Part shown: positions 8,353 to 20,800 of the stretch, piece after piece
Numbering within the stretch: the first letter of the stretch is position 1
Layout of the letters: the number at the start of each line of letters is the position of its first letter
Source of the DNA: Craspedostauros australis
Lineage: Eukaryota
DNA length: 55,598 nucleotides
Direction: 5' to 3'
Assembly: GCA_030167865.1 (NCBI GenBank)
Contig: JALAGF010006116.1
Span: forward strand, 1-55,598
The notes under the pieces: model-generated
What the model saw: the letters and a program-made list of their open reading frames with translations, nothing else
Databases searched by the model: none
Told to the model about the DNA's origin: nothing
Made by a program: the position numbers and the translations under genes

Positions 8353-11300
8353 TTACAAGGAGGTACCCATTTCAAGCCGACGGAGCGTGCATTGCAAATC
8401 TTGTTCCGACCAAAGCCGATACTCCAAAACGAAGTTTGTGTGGCAGCTGCAAGCCTCTGACTGTGCCGTCCCGCAGTAGCACCCCAAATTGACCTTGTCA
8501 TTTGATCCCGACTTCAAGCACGGCGCCTTGTTGGATGCAGCTCGTTTGTTTTTCTTTGTGAATGGACCTCCCTTCACAGCATCGCTTGGTTCTCCCGCGG
8601 GCAAGCAAGGATCCCAATTCGATGGGGATACGAGATGAGTGTGCTGGCTTGAACGATGATCACCAGCGACATAGCAACCGATGCAGATGTTGAAGCTGTG
8701 CGAGTATCGTTCTTCGCAGTCCTTGCAATGCAGGTGCATGTTGGAAAGGTCGGTGCGGCACACTTGGCAGAAGAAATCGTTGGTCAGAGCGTTGTCGGTT
8801 GTTGCGATACCTCTGTCGTTCCGCCCATTCTGTCCCTTCCTTTGCTGGTAAAGGCGGAGTTGGTCCAGCTGTCTACGCAACACACCGATGAGACGTTGGC
8901 GAATTCGCGAGCATCGTGACATGCCCTTTTTCCAATCTGCCCGAGCGAAAGATTTATCACTACTCGTATTCAAGTCGGAAGACGCTGCGATGTGAGCCAA
9001 TCGAAGCAGACAGAATTCAGAGATGTCGGCCGAGCGGATCCGTTGCCTCTGGTTCAACGCCATTCTTCCTGTTTGCCACAATATTTCTCGTTCGCTGCCC
9101 TGCGAAGTAGCACCGGGAAACACCCAGTGCCAGGAAATCATCCGAAAGGGGCTCGGAAGGTATTCCTCCGCTTGGTGTTCTTGCTCGTGTTCATCAAACC
9201 CCTCACAGCCAAAATGGGACTGCTGGGAGTTCCCTCGGACCGAATACAAACGACCCTTGTTGATGTGTGCAATCTGTCCCGGCTTCAATGTGAACCGGAT
9301 TGGAAGGTATCTGTTGATTTTTTATTTCAATGGTTGGGGACGTATTGGTATTCGTGGGTACAGGAGGACAACACGATCAGCATCGTTGGATCGCATGGTG
9401 AGTGTCATTTGAGGCATGAGAGACGAGTTGTCCGTATGTAGTCAGAGACCACTCGTATCAAGGTGTTCAATTCATCGCAGCGGTGGCACTCAAGAACAAA
9501 TGGATAGAACAGGACAGATGTGCAGGACAAGCAAACGACTTGCACCGAGAATCACTGCAGAGATACAACTTCATACTCACCCTGCCTTCTTCCAGCGTTC
9601 AACGACCTCGATCCTGTCCCACACTCTCCATTGTTGGTTGCTCAGATCTGGATGACGATTATTCTTTCCAGTTTGGCGTTGTGAGTCGGCGGTGGGGAGG
9701 AAGGACATGGCGTCGGACATCTCCGTTTGCGATAGGCGACGCAGAACGACACCATCAACAACGCCGTCGACGCAGCCCAGTCCAGTGTCCAACATGCCCC
9801 CAGCAGCCATCTCCATTGGCGTGGTGAAACCGCTTGGTGCCTGGGTGAAGTATGGGCCGGTGAATGGCCGCGCCGTGGGGCATGCCTGCGAAGCGATAGA
9901 CGTTGGTGGTCGATTTCAAACCATCAGGGAAACAATCAAAGCAAGAGAGAAACGAGAAACGTGGGTTCGCGTTTGTGAGTCAGCTCGCATGCTGGCGGGG
10001 GCATATGCATCAAACGAACATCACTCGAGTGCCATCCATCTATCGATGTTTCGAGTGAAAGGTCATCATACTGCACTTGGGAAGCAAGCGGGGGTCAATC
10101 GATGTGCAGACAGGTGGCGGCTGTGTCCATGGATCCCGATGCCGATCGTCTGACGGTCCGTCGCGCCTGCACCAACCAATCATGCAACGAATTGGCCAGG
10201 AGACCGACTTACCAAGCTTGTCAGGCATCCAGATTTGCCAGGAAGGCAATCCGCAAGCCGATATTTTGATTCGAAATCATCCAACAGGCGGCGAAATTGT
10301 TGCTGTCGCATGTCCTCCTTGTCGATCGCGATCAATGCATCACGAACGTCAATGGTACGCTCCGTTCGGACTAAAGTGTCAAAGTACGTCAGTGATTTGG
10401 CGTTGTCGGTATGGGATTGGACCAAGTACTCCAAGTAATCTTCGTCTTCCATCCGCGTTTGTCCACCAAAGTGTTGGAATTCGGTTCCCCTGCTTTCTCC
10501 ATCACGGTTGCCAGCGTCAGCGTCAGCGCTGACCTCGGTGTCGCATGCTAAGCTTGCATGCTGATGCTTGGTCAATATCGTTTGATTTACGGATGAGATA
10601 GATAGTTGATTCGGATCCCAAATTCCATCGCCAGCGCCGTCGTCGTCATCGTCAAAGGCTAGCGCATCGATCAGGCCGTCCGTAATCACCAAGATGTCAT
10701 CCCTGCCCATCATGGTCAGAAGGTAGCGTTTATCCGTCGGGTGCAAGTTCAGAGAATCACCCGGTTCGAACGTTGCCGTCAGCACCCTCGTTTCCGCATC
10801 CCAATGCCACTCGCAGTTTCCTGTGGAGGGCAAGTTTTTTGGATCATCGCCGCTGTACGAATGAGCAGGCGTTGTGTGGGTATTCGTCGTATTCGCAAGT
10901 CTCTCTTGATGGCATCGAGCTGACCGACTACTTCCGAGAGTTTTAGTGAGCCCTTGGTCGTCGCGGTGGGGATTGTCTGGGTTTTGGCCAATGTACGAGT
11001 CTACATCGAAGTCATCCATGTGTACAAAGGCGTCCAAAGCATGCTTCATGGCAGAATCATGATTCTCGTCTCGAAAGCCACCAATGTGCATAACGTGATC
11101 CATGCTGTGCTGTTGCGAGAAAAAGCCCTGGATGGCAGTCACTGGTGCTGGTACACCGGACGCGTGCACATTCGGCGTGATTTCGAAGCTTTGGGTCATG
11201 AAGCTCTTGATGTCTCGCTTGGGACTCTTTCTTCTGTTGTCGGAGGCGCGATCGTCGGAATTCCCTTCTCCACTGCGCTTCCTGTCTTTCTTTCGACCGC

Positions 11301-13956
11301 TGACTCTGGCCTTGCTGTTCCTCTTTGGTTCGTGCGCTTCAATTGACGCAATCGCTTTGGTCTCTTTTGTACATGCTGCGGGCTTGCTTTGGTCGATGGT
11401 CAAGTCCTGCTGTTTTTGGTTTTGTTCTTGTTTGCGATTGCGATTGCGTTTGCGTTTGCGTTCGTATTCTCTCTTACTCGTAGCCCCTGGCTGGACGGAT
11501 TTCTTTGACTTGGTTGACCGTAGCTTGTCGCTCGATGGAGATGATTGTTGGTCCCTCTGCGTGGCAACGTCGTCGTCACATTTTGGTTGGCCTGACTTGG
11601 CGCGCTTTCTTGAAATCTGTTTTACGCTCTTCGCTTTCTGGGGAGCCTGAAGTGGCGCCTGTTGTCCTCGTTCAGTTTGACTGTTGCATTTTTGCTTCGT
11701 TGACCTGGCGCGCTTGACTGATACTACCCCTGTTCTTCCAGAAGGCTCTTGATCTTTCGTTGCCTTCTTGCTCGTATTCTTCCGAGTGGCAGGTACAGTT
11801 GCGCGAGGTGGTGGAGTGCGAGTGCTTCCGGCGGATGGTCGACACGATGATTCGTCTTCGATTTGCGGTTCGTTGGATACCTGCGAGTTCGTGGAATGGT
11901 TGTCTTCGCAGTGCGCTTGAGAGGTCTTTGGAGTGGAGCGCACTAGAGATCGTCGTCTTCTGAAGTATCTGACTGTTCGCTGAGAGCGATCGCAAGCAAC
12001 GGGTCGTTTGGAAGGGGGGTGGCTATTCGCGGCTTTCTCGACGACAAGACTGTTATTGCCGAAGGGTGACACCAGGCGGATGGTCTTATCAGTACCCTTG
12101 TTCTCTCCGTTGTCTACTTGGGACCGGGTATCATAATTCGAACTTTGCTCCTGCAGCGGGACTGATCGATAGCTCCCTTCGTTCGTTGAATTTCGTATCG
12201 CGGGGCTGTCGTCGGCGGTTCTGTTGTTTTTGTCGAAACTTTGGTCCATGTCGTCGCTGTTGTCGATGCTGTCAATGATGTCATCGGTGCTATCAGTGCT
12301 GCTGCTTAGTTCTGTTTCGTCGGTGTTGCCGTTGTTGATCTCGTTGTTCATGGTGGCACTATTGCTTCCCTTCTCCTTTTTGAGGTGCTCATCGGTCCAA
12401 GTAGCCTTGCCGTTGCCTGCGTCAATGCTGGCATTGGTGTTGGTCCGGATGCCGCTCTCTTCGTTGTCGTTGTCACATGTATCCTCTTTGGTGTCACATC
12501 CTTCTTCGTCATTGTGTTTGTGGATCTTGTCATTGCCAGCGGTGACTGTTGTGACTGAGGTGACTGTGGTTGGTGGTGAATCCAATGGCAGTGCTTCGTG
12601 GTGGAGAGCTTCTTGAGCAGAGCTCTCGATTTGAGCAGAAACTTGGTTCGGTTGCAGGCTGCCGTTGGAGTTCTTGAACGACGGCTCTTGAGAAATTGAT
12701 GTCGGGTGTTGTTCCAAGCATTGAGCTTGCTCCGCAGCACCAGTCCATCCAACGAACGGCATGCTTCGATTTGATTCGCTAGTCTCATCCGTATCTCCAT
12801 CGTCGGTGCTTTCCACAATGCGTCCATCGTGAGGGCTGACCCCTTGCACAGGTGTATCAGAGGTCGACAGACCCACCTGCGTTGCATTTTCTGGTGACTG
12901 GGACCTTTGCACAACGAAGAACGGCTCCTCTTCGTAGCTGGACTCGTGGTTTGGTAACGAATCGCGGGTGGATGGTTGGTCGTCACTGTCGCGAAATGTC
13001 TCTTGCAACGGATCGTAAGATGAACTGGCTGTCGCCTGTGACCCTTGCGTACGGATGATTGCATTGTGATCAGCAGCAACGGCAGCCCCTTCGTTCATGG
13101 GTACCGCAGCTTGGGCATTCGCATACTCATCCGCAGGATTTCCGATCAATGTTGCATCGCACCGGTATCGATAGTCCCGTAGTAATCGGTCAGTGAATGG
13201 TCCCAATACGGAGGAGCAGAAGTAGAATTCAGGATCCTCCAGCAAAGTCACAAAGCTCTCCGGCGCGCCGTCTGCGTAGATTGTCGCATGCGCCCCATGG
13301 GTCACAAGCGGTGGCCGCCAGCTTGGTTGCGTCGGCTGGATCTGTAGCGCGGCGATATTTGCAAATAGGCTCTGTTGAGACAGCCGTTCGCTGCGGGGAC
13401 TTGGCGAAGGATCATCGTATTCGGGGGTTCTGTTGATGATGAGCCCGCCACTATCAGCGGTGAAAGTGTGATCCGCTGCAAAAAGTGGTCTCTCTGGTGA
13501 CGCTCCTGCTACCGGTGGTGGTGCTGCTGCTGCTTCTGCTGCTGATACCGCCGACACTGTCACTACCATTGTCGATGTGACTTCCACCATTGGTACCGTC
13601 CGTGTTGGTAGTGCTGAAGGTAGTCTTGTTGGAAGCAAGGTTGCGGGAAGTAGAGGTCGCGGTAGATGCTGCGGCTGTGCCTGTTCTGTTGATTCTATCC
13701 CCGTCGCCGGAACTGTTGCTGCTGCTGCTGTTGCTGCTGTTTCTGTTGGTAAAATCAGTAGTGGTGGTGGTTGTGGCAGTGGTTGTGGCGTCGCTGGTCT
13801 TGCCGTGTTTGCCATCATTGGGGTTGGTTCGCGATGCTCATCCGCGTATTCCACATCAAACACGAGGGTGTCTCTCGTTGAATTCCCCTCGACTGCACCC
13901 AAGTCTTGTCTATTCGGGTTGCCCACGCTGCGACCAGCTCGAGGATGTCTTTCCAT
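8353..13956 (-). CDS. JmjC-like domain + C-terminal Cys-rich zinc-finger protein, probably catalytically inactive (about 1668 aa, 3 exons)
   Basis: Exons 13956-10213, 9885-9581 and 9310-8353 join in frame through GT-AG introns. Motifs ARPFTGPY...LDTG...VVLRRL, LKPGQIAHINKGRL, ISWHW, CQVCRTDLSNMHLHCKDC...ICIGCY. Long disordered N-terminus with a basic NLS-like stretch. Confidence 0.8.
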
Positions 13957-14824
13957 TGTTCACGCAACAACCGCTTTCGCTGTCACTTCCACGTTCGCCC
14001 AAACCCAACAAGCCAAGCTCAGCGATTGCCACCCCAGACCACAGTGCGCCCTCCAATCAACGGCGGACGAATCCACAGTCTGTCTCTTCGGTCTCGCTCT
14101 CGCCCTCGTGCTCTCGTTGCGTTGCTTTGTTGCTGTGTTGCCGTCCGCTTCCTCGTGTTTCTTGGGACATCCCAGGACGCAGAGGAGGGGTTCTGGATTG
14201 AGATGTTGGTGTCCCAAGGGAGAAGACGAAAGGCAAGGAAGCGATGCCGATTGTTTTGTGCTCCCCCTCGCCCTTGTGGAACGCGTTGAGCGCACACATG
14301 CAGTTTTGCGCCTAGGCGACTTTCATCACGAACACAAATAGTGGAAACGGGACTGAACGATATCATGATTGAATTCTGCGCAGGTGTTGCCGATATAATG
14401 GCGTTAACTTGACGTTATCTCGCGTTGTGAACAAAGCAATTTCAAACGAGATGATCCACGATTAATTCCGCTGTCCACACAAAAGAAATCATGTTGTTGG
14501 GCGTGTACGAGGACTCCTCCTCTCCCACGTTGCGGGACGACACGTTGACCTCATTCCCAATGGAGCCCGAGAGAGATAGAGAGAGTACTCTACCCTCTGC
14601 CATGCGCCAACTGTGGATTCTTAAGTATCGTATAATAGAATAGGTATTTACACTGTTTCTTTTTACTTTGCTAGGCACTTTGTTCAGGAATGAATAATGT
14701 TGCCAGTTCTATCGCGATGATCACACCGTACACGACACGTGACACAACCGCGCAGTCAACCAATCAATCCACTGGTTGCTTCGGTTGGATTAGAACAGAG
14801 CAGGGCAATCTACTCAGTGACATT

Positions 14825-17800
14825 CTACTCCTCGTTGAGCGGAGCTCGGTCGCCCAAGATCCAATCGGCGGTTTCGTTCAGCAACCGTTGCTGTGCATCG
14901 TCTGGAAGGAGATGATCGTCTCGGATGGCGATGACGTTCGCGCTCGTATCCATGTTGGCATCACGTTGCTGTTGATATTGCTGTTGTTTTGGCTGGCGGT
15001 GTGGTTGAGGATGGACATCCTCTTCCGCGTCCTCTTGATTCTCGATGGAGGAGTAGGACGCAAAGGCATTGGCGGGTTCCTTCGAGGCAACAACCATCAG
15101 CGGTGCGTCACCATCATCGTCACCTTCGATGTCCTCCACGACGATGGTGTTGGATGCCGTTGTTCCAGCCTCTGTCGTGGAAGGTCGAGGCTCCATAGTC
15201 TCCCGCTCTTCTGTACGCTCAATGACATCGTCGCGTTCATCCGCGACGTCCGAATGCAGTTTCGTTGCATGGACATCTTCGCGGGTCTGTTGTTGTTGTT
15301 GCTGAGCACGCTCCGCGCCGATCGTTGCCATCGATGAATATCTATCCGCTCGTTCGGTCCGTTGTTGCTGTTGTTTCTGCTGCTGCTGCTGTTGACGGAG
15401 CAGCTTGACTTCGTTGGTTTCTTGCAGCAGGTGCATCGCCTGCATGGTGCGCAGCCGTTGGACATCCTGATGCAGGGATGCGATCTCTTGATCGGCATCC
15501 ACGATGTGATGGTGGTGGCTGAGGTTCTGGTTGTGGCGATGGGTGTTCAGCTGTCTCTCAACGACCTGTTCAACCTGTGTTGGTTCCGCGGATTCCATCA
15601 CTTCTTCATCGATGTTCTCATCATCCAATTTGGTTGTGACATCGACAACTTCTAGCTGCTCAGGATCTTTGGCTTCCTGCTCGTCGTCGTAGTCGTGGTC
15701 GTCTTCTTCCTCCTTCACTTCTTCTAGTTCGGATGGGGTCATCGATGGCACAATGTTCTCATGTTGAACCTCGGTAGTCTGAGGTTCAGTCTCAGTCTCA
15801 GTCTCAATCACGGTTTCAAGCTGAGCTTCAGTTTGAGAGCCGCTGTCGCCTCCGATTTGGACCGCAGCTTCCGATTCGTCCTCGTTGGCTGGAGGTTCAG
15901 CTGCCGTCTCAGGAATGTCGACTGCCGCGCTGTCTTCACCTGCCTCACTCTCGTCGTCAGTGTGTTCCAGCTGAAGGTCGAACTGACTTCCCTCAGTACG
16001 CCCAAGGAAAGCGATTCGTTTGGTCAATTCCAACCTCGTCTTCTCCAACTCGGCTTCCAGAAATTTCATGTCGCTGGTCGCTTCGAAGAGATGTTGATCG
16101 TCGCCAACATCGTCGTCGTTGTCCTCGACATCGTCTACATCACCGCTGTGATTTTCGTTGGTCTCGTTGATGGTGCTACCCTGGGTGCGACCCGGTGTAA
16201 ATCCGACATTTTTGCTGGTATTGCTGTTGCTTTCCCGAAGGCGAGCATTGCTGATGTCTGCGGCGTCATCGTTCGCTGCAGTGGTCATATCTTGTTCCTG
16301 CTTGTGAAGAGTCGTTTCTAAGTCCACGACGCGATCCTGGGCTTCCAGCAGACGTTGTTCGTTCTCAATCTTCTCCATCCTCAGCTCCTCCAACACCCTG
16401 GCTTCAGCCTCTGCCTGCTCCTTGCGCGCCACCTCCTGCCGAGTCATTGATGCCATCAGCTTCTCGATCTCTGCCGACTGCTGCTCCAGCCTCGTGCTCG
16501 TCTCGTTCTGCTTCTTCGCGACATCGTTCAGTTTTTCATCCTTCTCCGCGAGTAGTTTCATCAGACGATTCCTCTCGTCATCCAGATCGTTAACTTTGGA
16601 CTGCTCCGCCTCCAGCGCCCACTTGTTCTCTCGCACCATCCTCTCCATGGAGGCAAGGCGTTTCATTTCCGCCTCGCTGAAGACGGACATATCCTCGCTG
16701 ATCATATCGGTGGCGTTGCTTCGGCCACTGCGCGTGCTCGCGCTTCCGTGCGCACTGCGAGAAAGACGGCCTGATGCTTCCGGGTCGAACTCTGGCTGGA
16801 AGGACTCCGAAAGCAGTTCCATGACCCGGAGCCTCTCCTGGTTCTGCGTGTTGGCGGCATCGCCACCGTTGGTTGAGTTGGCCGATTCGTCGTAGGAGTG
16901 CGCGATGATGCGAAGGGCTTGAGTGCGCACATCATCCGCCAACTGGAGCCTGTGCTCAAGCTCCACGATGCAGGACCCAGTGATCTGCTGATCCATCTCG
17001 AGCTTGTTGACCTTCTTCTGCAACGAGTCCAGCACAGCCTGACGCCTTGCCTGCGTCTTCTGAACGGCCTTGACCTTCTTCTTCTCGAATTCCAGGTTGG
17101 ATCGCTTGCGTTGGTCGGCAACCTCGATCTCCTCCACCCGCTTCTTCTCAGTCTCGAGCAGTGACATCGTGTGAGAACGTGCGTGTTCGAGGACCTTGAT
17201 CATGTTCTCCATCTTGGCCAGCCTCGACAACATCTCGACCTTGGACTGCTCCAAGGTTTCGATGGTGGCATGCTGTTTGTCCAGCTGTCTCCTGTGCTCG
17301 TTCTCGGTGAGCTGAAGTTTCTTCACCAACTCGCGTTCCTTCACGAGGAGCTTCTCCAGGTTCCCGGACTTTTCATCGAGCGCAGCCACCTTGCGTTCTT
17401 CGTCCACGGTTCTGGATGCATCCTGCTCCCGCTTGCAAATCTCCTCCCAAAGCTCGTGACGCAGCCTCATCTCGAGATGCAAAAACTCATGCTCTCTGAT
17501 GCGCAGCTGCTCCTCGATATCCTCGCGGCGCCGCACCTCCTCCTGCACCTGACCGCGCAGCTTGGCCTCGAGGTCTCGGAATCGCATGGCAAGGGCACGG
17601 AATTTCTCCGTTTCCTCCTCGTGCGTTTCCAGCAGAGCCTTGGTGTACATGACGTGCATCTCCTCAGTCTCGTGGAGACGGATCTTCATATCGTCTGCCT
17701 TCGTCTCCTCGTTCTTCAACAGCTCGGTGAAATGGAGTTCCTGATCCATCAGCGCATCAGCAAGCTCCTTCTCGGCATCCTCCAGATCCTGCTCAAGGCT

Positions 17801-20800
17801 TTGGATGATGTCCTGCTGCATCTCCTGGTTCTCCTCCAGCGCCACGATGCGTTCCTCCATGGCCTGGTGCTGATCCACTTGCGCCTGCTGCATCGCCTTG
17901 AACATGCTATGCTCCAAATCCAGGATGGACCGGCGTTGCTCTTCCAGCATCAGTCTGGATCCCGTGAAGCCGTCAGATTCATCGGACTCTTCGCTGTCCA
18001 CCTGCTCGAGTTTCTGCAGGCGTTGCCCGAACGCCATGTCCTGGCTTGCGCTTGCGTAATCGTCAAGGGCCAAGTCCGACGACATCTCATCGAGGAGTTC
18101 CTGCCGGAAGTGAGATTGAACGCCACTACACGGCGTATCCTCGTCGTTGCTGTTGCTGGTGTTGTTGTCGTCGCCGTCGTCACTGTAATCGCTGTAAGTC
18201 TCGAGGGAATCATGACCAGCATCATTGTTGGCGTCGCCATTGAAGACTTGGCCGCGATGGTTGAAGCAACCATCGATGCTGGATACTTGGTCATCTTCTT
18301 CGTAGACTCTCGTGTCGCGCGAAATCGTGGGTCTCGCCGCGCTTGTCTGCTCTTGCCGGTGTTCTCGGATTGGTCTTGTGGGTGATGGTGCGAACCTCAC
18401 GCTGCGCTGACTCCTTCGTGTGGCACTGGCGCTGTTGTCGTCAGTCTTTACCGTACCTGCGTTAGTGTCACCGTCAGCGTCACCGTCAGCGCCGACATCG
18501 GTTTCATCCACATGTGGCGCACCAGCATCCATGTCTGCGTGGGTGGGTTCAGCGATGGGCGTTTTCTGAGGGAACTCGATAAGTCGGAGACCCCAGCGCA
18601 GGCAATCGATCGTCTCCCTTTTGACATCCGGCGAGACGATGTCCATGGCGTAGTCCATAGGGATCTTGCCGTAGATGTCTCGTGCGAGCGTGGCCTCGGG
18701 ATGAGATGTGAGCAGAAGTGCGAGGACGTGCTTGGACGCACCCCACTTGCAGGCCAGGTGCAACGGCATCATCAGGTCATCGCAATCGCGGCTGTTGACT
18801 GCCTCGGGATGTGCCTGCAGGAGGGTCTCGACCACTTCCACCGATCCTGCCGAGGCACAGGCGTAGTGAAGTGGGAGGTAGTCACGTTCTCCCTTGATTG
18901 CGACAGCTCGTCGGTTGGTACGCAACACCGCTTCGACGATGTCTCTGGTGGGTTCGTGCTTGCAGATCTCATGCAGCAGGAGGTTGCCTCCGCCATTCAT
19001 GGAATGCACGGATGCGTCTCCCTTCATGATCTGATTGGCGGAATTGGGCTGTCGCTGGATGCGGATTGCCAAAGCCTTCCACATATGACGTTCCACCAGT
19101 TCGGAAAGCTCCAACTCTTTCGAATGCTTTTCGTCCGTGTCATCGCCATGCTCGTTGCTGTTGAGCGTCTCCATCGCCGTTGTGGCCGTTGACGATGACG
19201 ACGACAAGTGCTTTTGGTAATCGCTGTTCGGTGCATTGCCGCATGGACCAGAGGAACTCTTCTTTGGCAATGGCATCCCAGAGATGAGCTGCTGTCGTGA
19301 TGTCGTGAGGGCATGGTTCTGTGCGATGTCGATGTCCTCTTCCTGTTCGGTATTGTCGGCAGCGTTCGGGCGCTTGTGGGATGCGTTGGTGACGTCGTGC
19401 CGTTGCAGCTGCTGACTCTTCTGCACGAGCTGGCTGTCATCATGCGATGGCTTCTTGGGTCTGTTGTTGCGCTTCGTCTTCTTGGAGTCGAGTTTTCGGT
19501 TTGACGATGTTTCCATCACGATTCCATGTTCGGCAAACTGAGTGGGAATAGCGACGATCGCTGGTTCTTGCTGGGTGGGTTGCGCTGGCTCGTCATTGGC
19601 CTTCGCCGTCGCACCCTGGATCTCCGCCGTCGGTGCTTCGGTCTGTTGTGGCTGTGCGTCGACCGGCGCTGTGAGAGCACGGTCCTTGGCTAGACTCATC
19701 ATGTCTGGATCGGCGATGGCCTTGTGCGAAGACATGCTCTGTTCCTCTTCTGCCGTGCTTGTAGGAGGCTTCGCCGAGGCCGCCGATGCGGATGAGGCAA
19801 TGACGACGGCGGCGGTGGTGGTGGATGAGGCGATGGAATCTTCCGAATCGTAATCGCGAGCCGTTGGCGCTGGGACGTTGTCAATCATTTGGTTGGCACC
19901 ATTGTTGTTGTCGTTGTGGCTGGCCCTTGCAGTGATGGTGCCGGTGTTGTCCCTATCGAGATGTTTGGAGTTGATCGGAGGGTCGTGACCGCCGTGATCA
20001 GCGTCGGCGTCGGTGTATGGGTTTGAGTGGCTGCTGCTGCTGCTGCTGCTCGCGTCCAGTTGCAAGTCTTGTTGCGCAGCGTCCGACTCAGATTGTTCCG
20101 AATCCGATCTCGATTGAGAGGCACTGGAGGATGAGGAAGATGTGTCGCTGGCACCTCTATCAATGGCTTCGTACCGATCCATGGATTCCGCTGGCTTGAA
20201 TTCGGGGGCGTCCATCTTGTGGCTTCTGGATGGCAGCGTAACTGTTGACATGGTTGTTGTCTCCACTTCGTCGGCTCTGGTGGAAACGCAGACCTTCAAT
20301 GCGGTGGTGGATGAAGATGACTCGAGGATGGCATCTGGTTCCATCATGATATTGGCCTGTCTTGTTGGTTCGTCGTCGGAGCTGTCATCGTCATCATCGT
20401 CGTCGTCGCTCTCGTTGACCTCCAGCGTGGGGCGTAAGAATCCTTGCGGGACGTGATTGTCAAGATCTTCGTCCTGCGATTCCAGTAGCGCGTCGATCTG
20501 GGCCTTCACGTTGGACGAGGCCGATGGGGCAGAAGATTGCTTGGACCTAGCTTTGGATTTGGATTTCGACTTGGGCTTGCTGGTATTTTCACTCGCCCGC
20601 CTCAGCTTCCTCATGATGTCCTGTTGCTTGCGTTCTTGCCAATCGGCATCCCTGTTGCTCATGGGGAGAGTGGGTTCATCGTGGCGTCCGCTGTTGGCAC
20701 CAATCATTATGTCTTCATCAGAAGCAGCCTCGTCGCAATCGTCTTCGTCCTTCGCTGCAGTGATGGCGCTGTGGACGGTCTGCTCTTCAGACGAATTCTT

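Noticed and set aside
17171..18385. 404-aa antisense ORF in the coiled-coil gene
   Set aside because: Leu-rich mirror of GAG/CAG/AAG codons.
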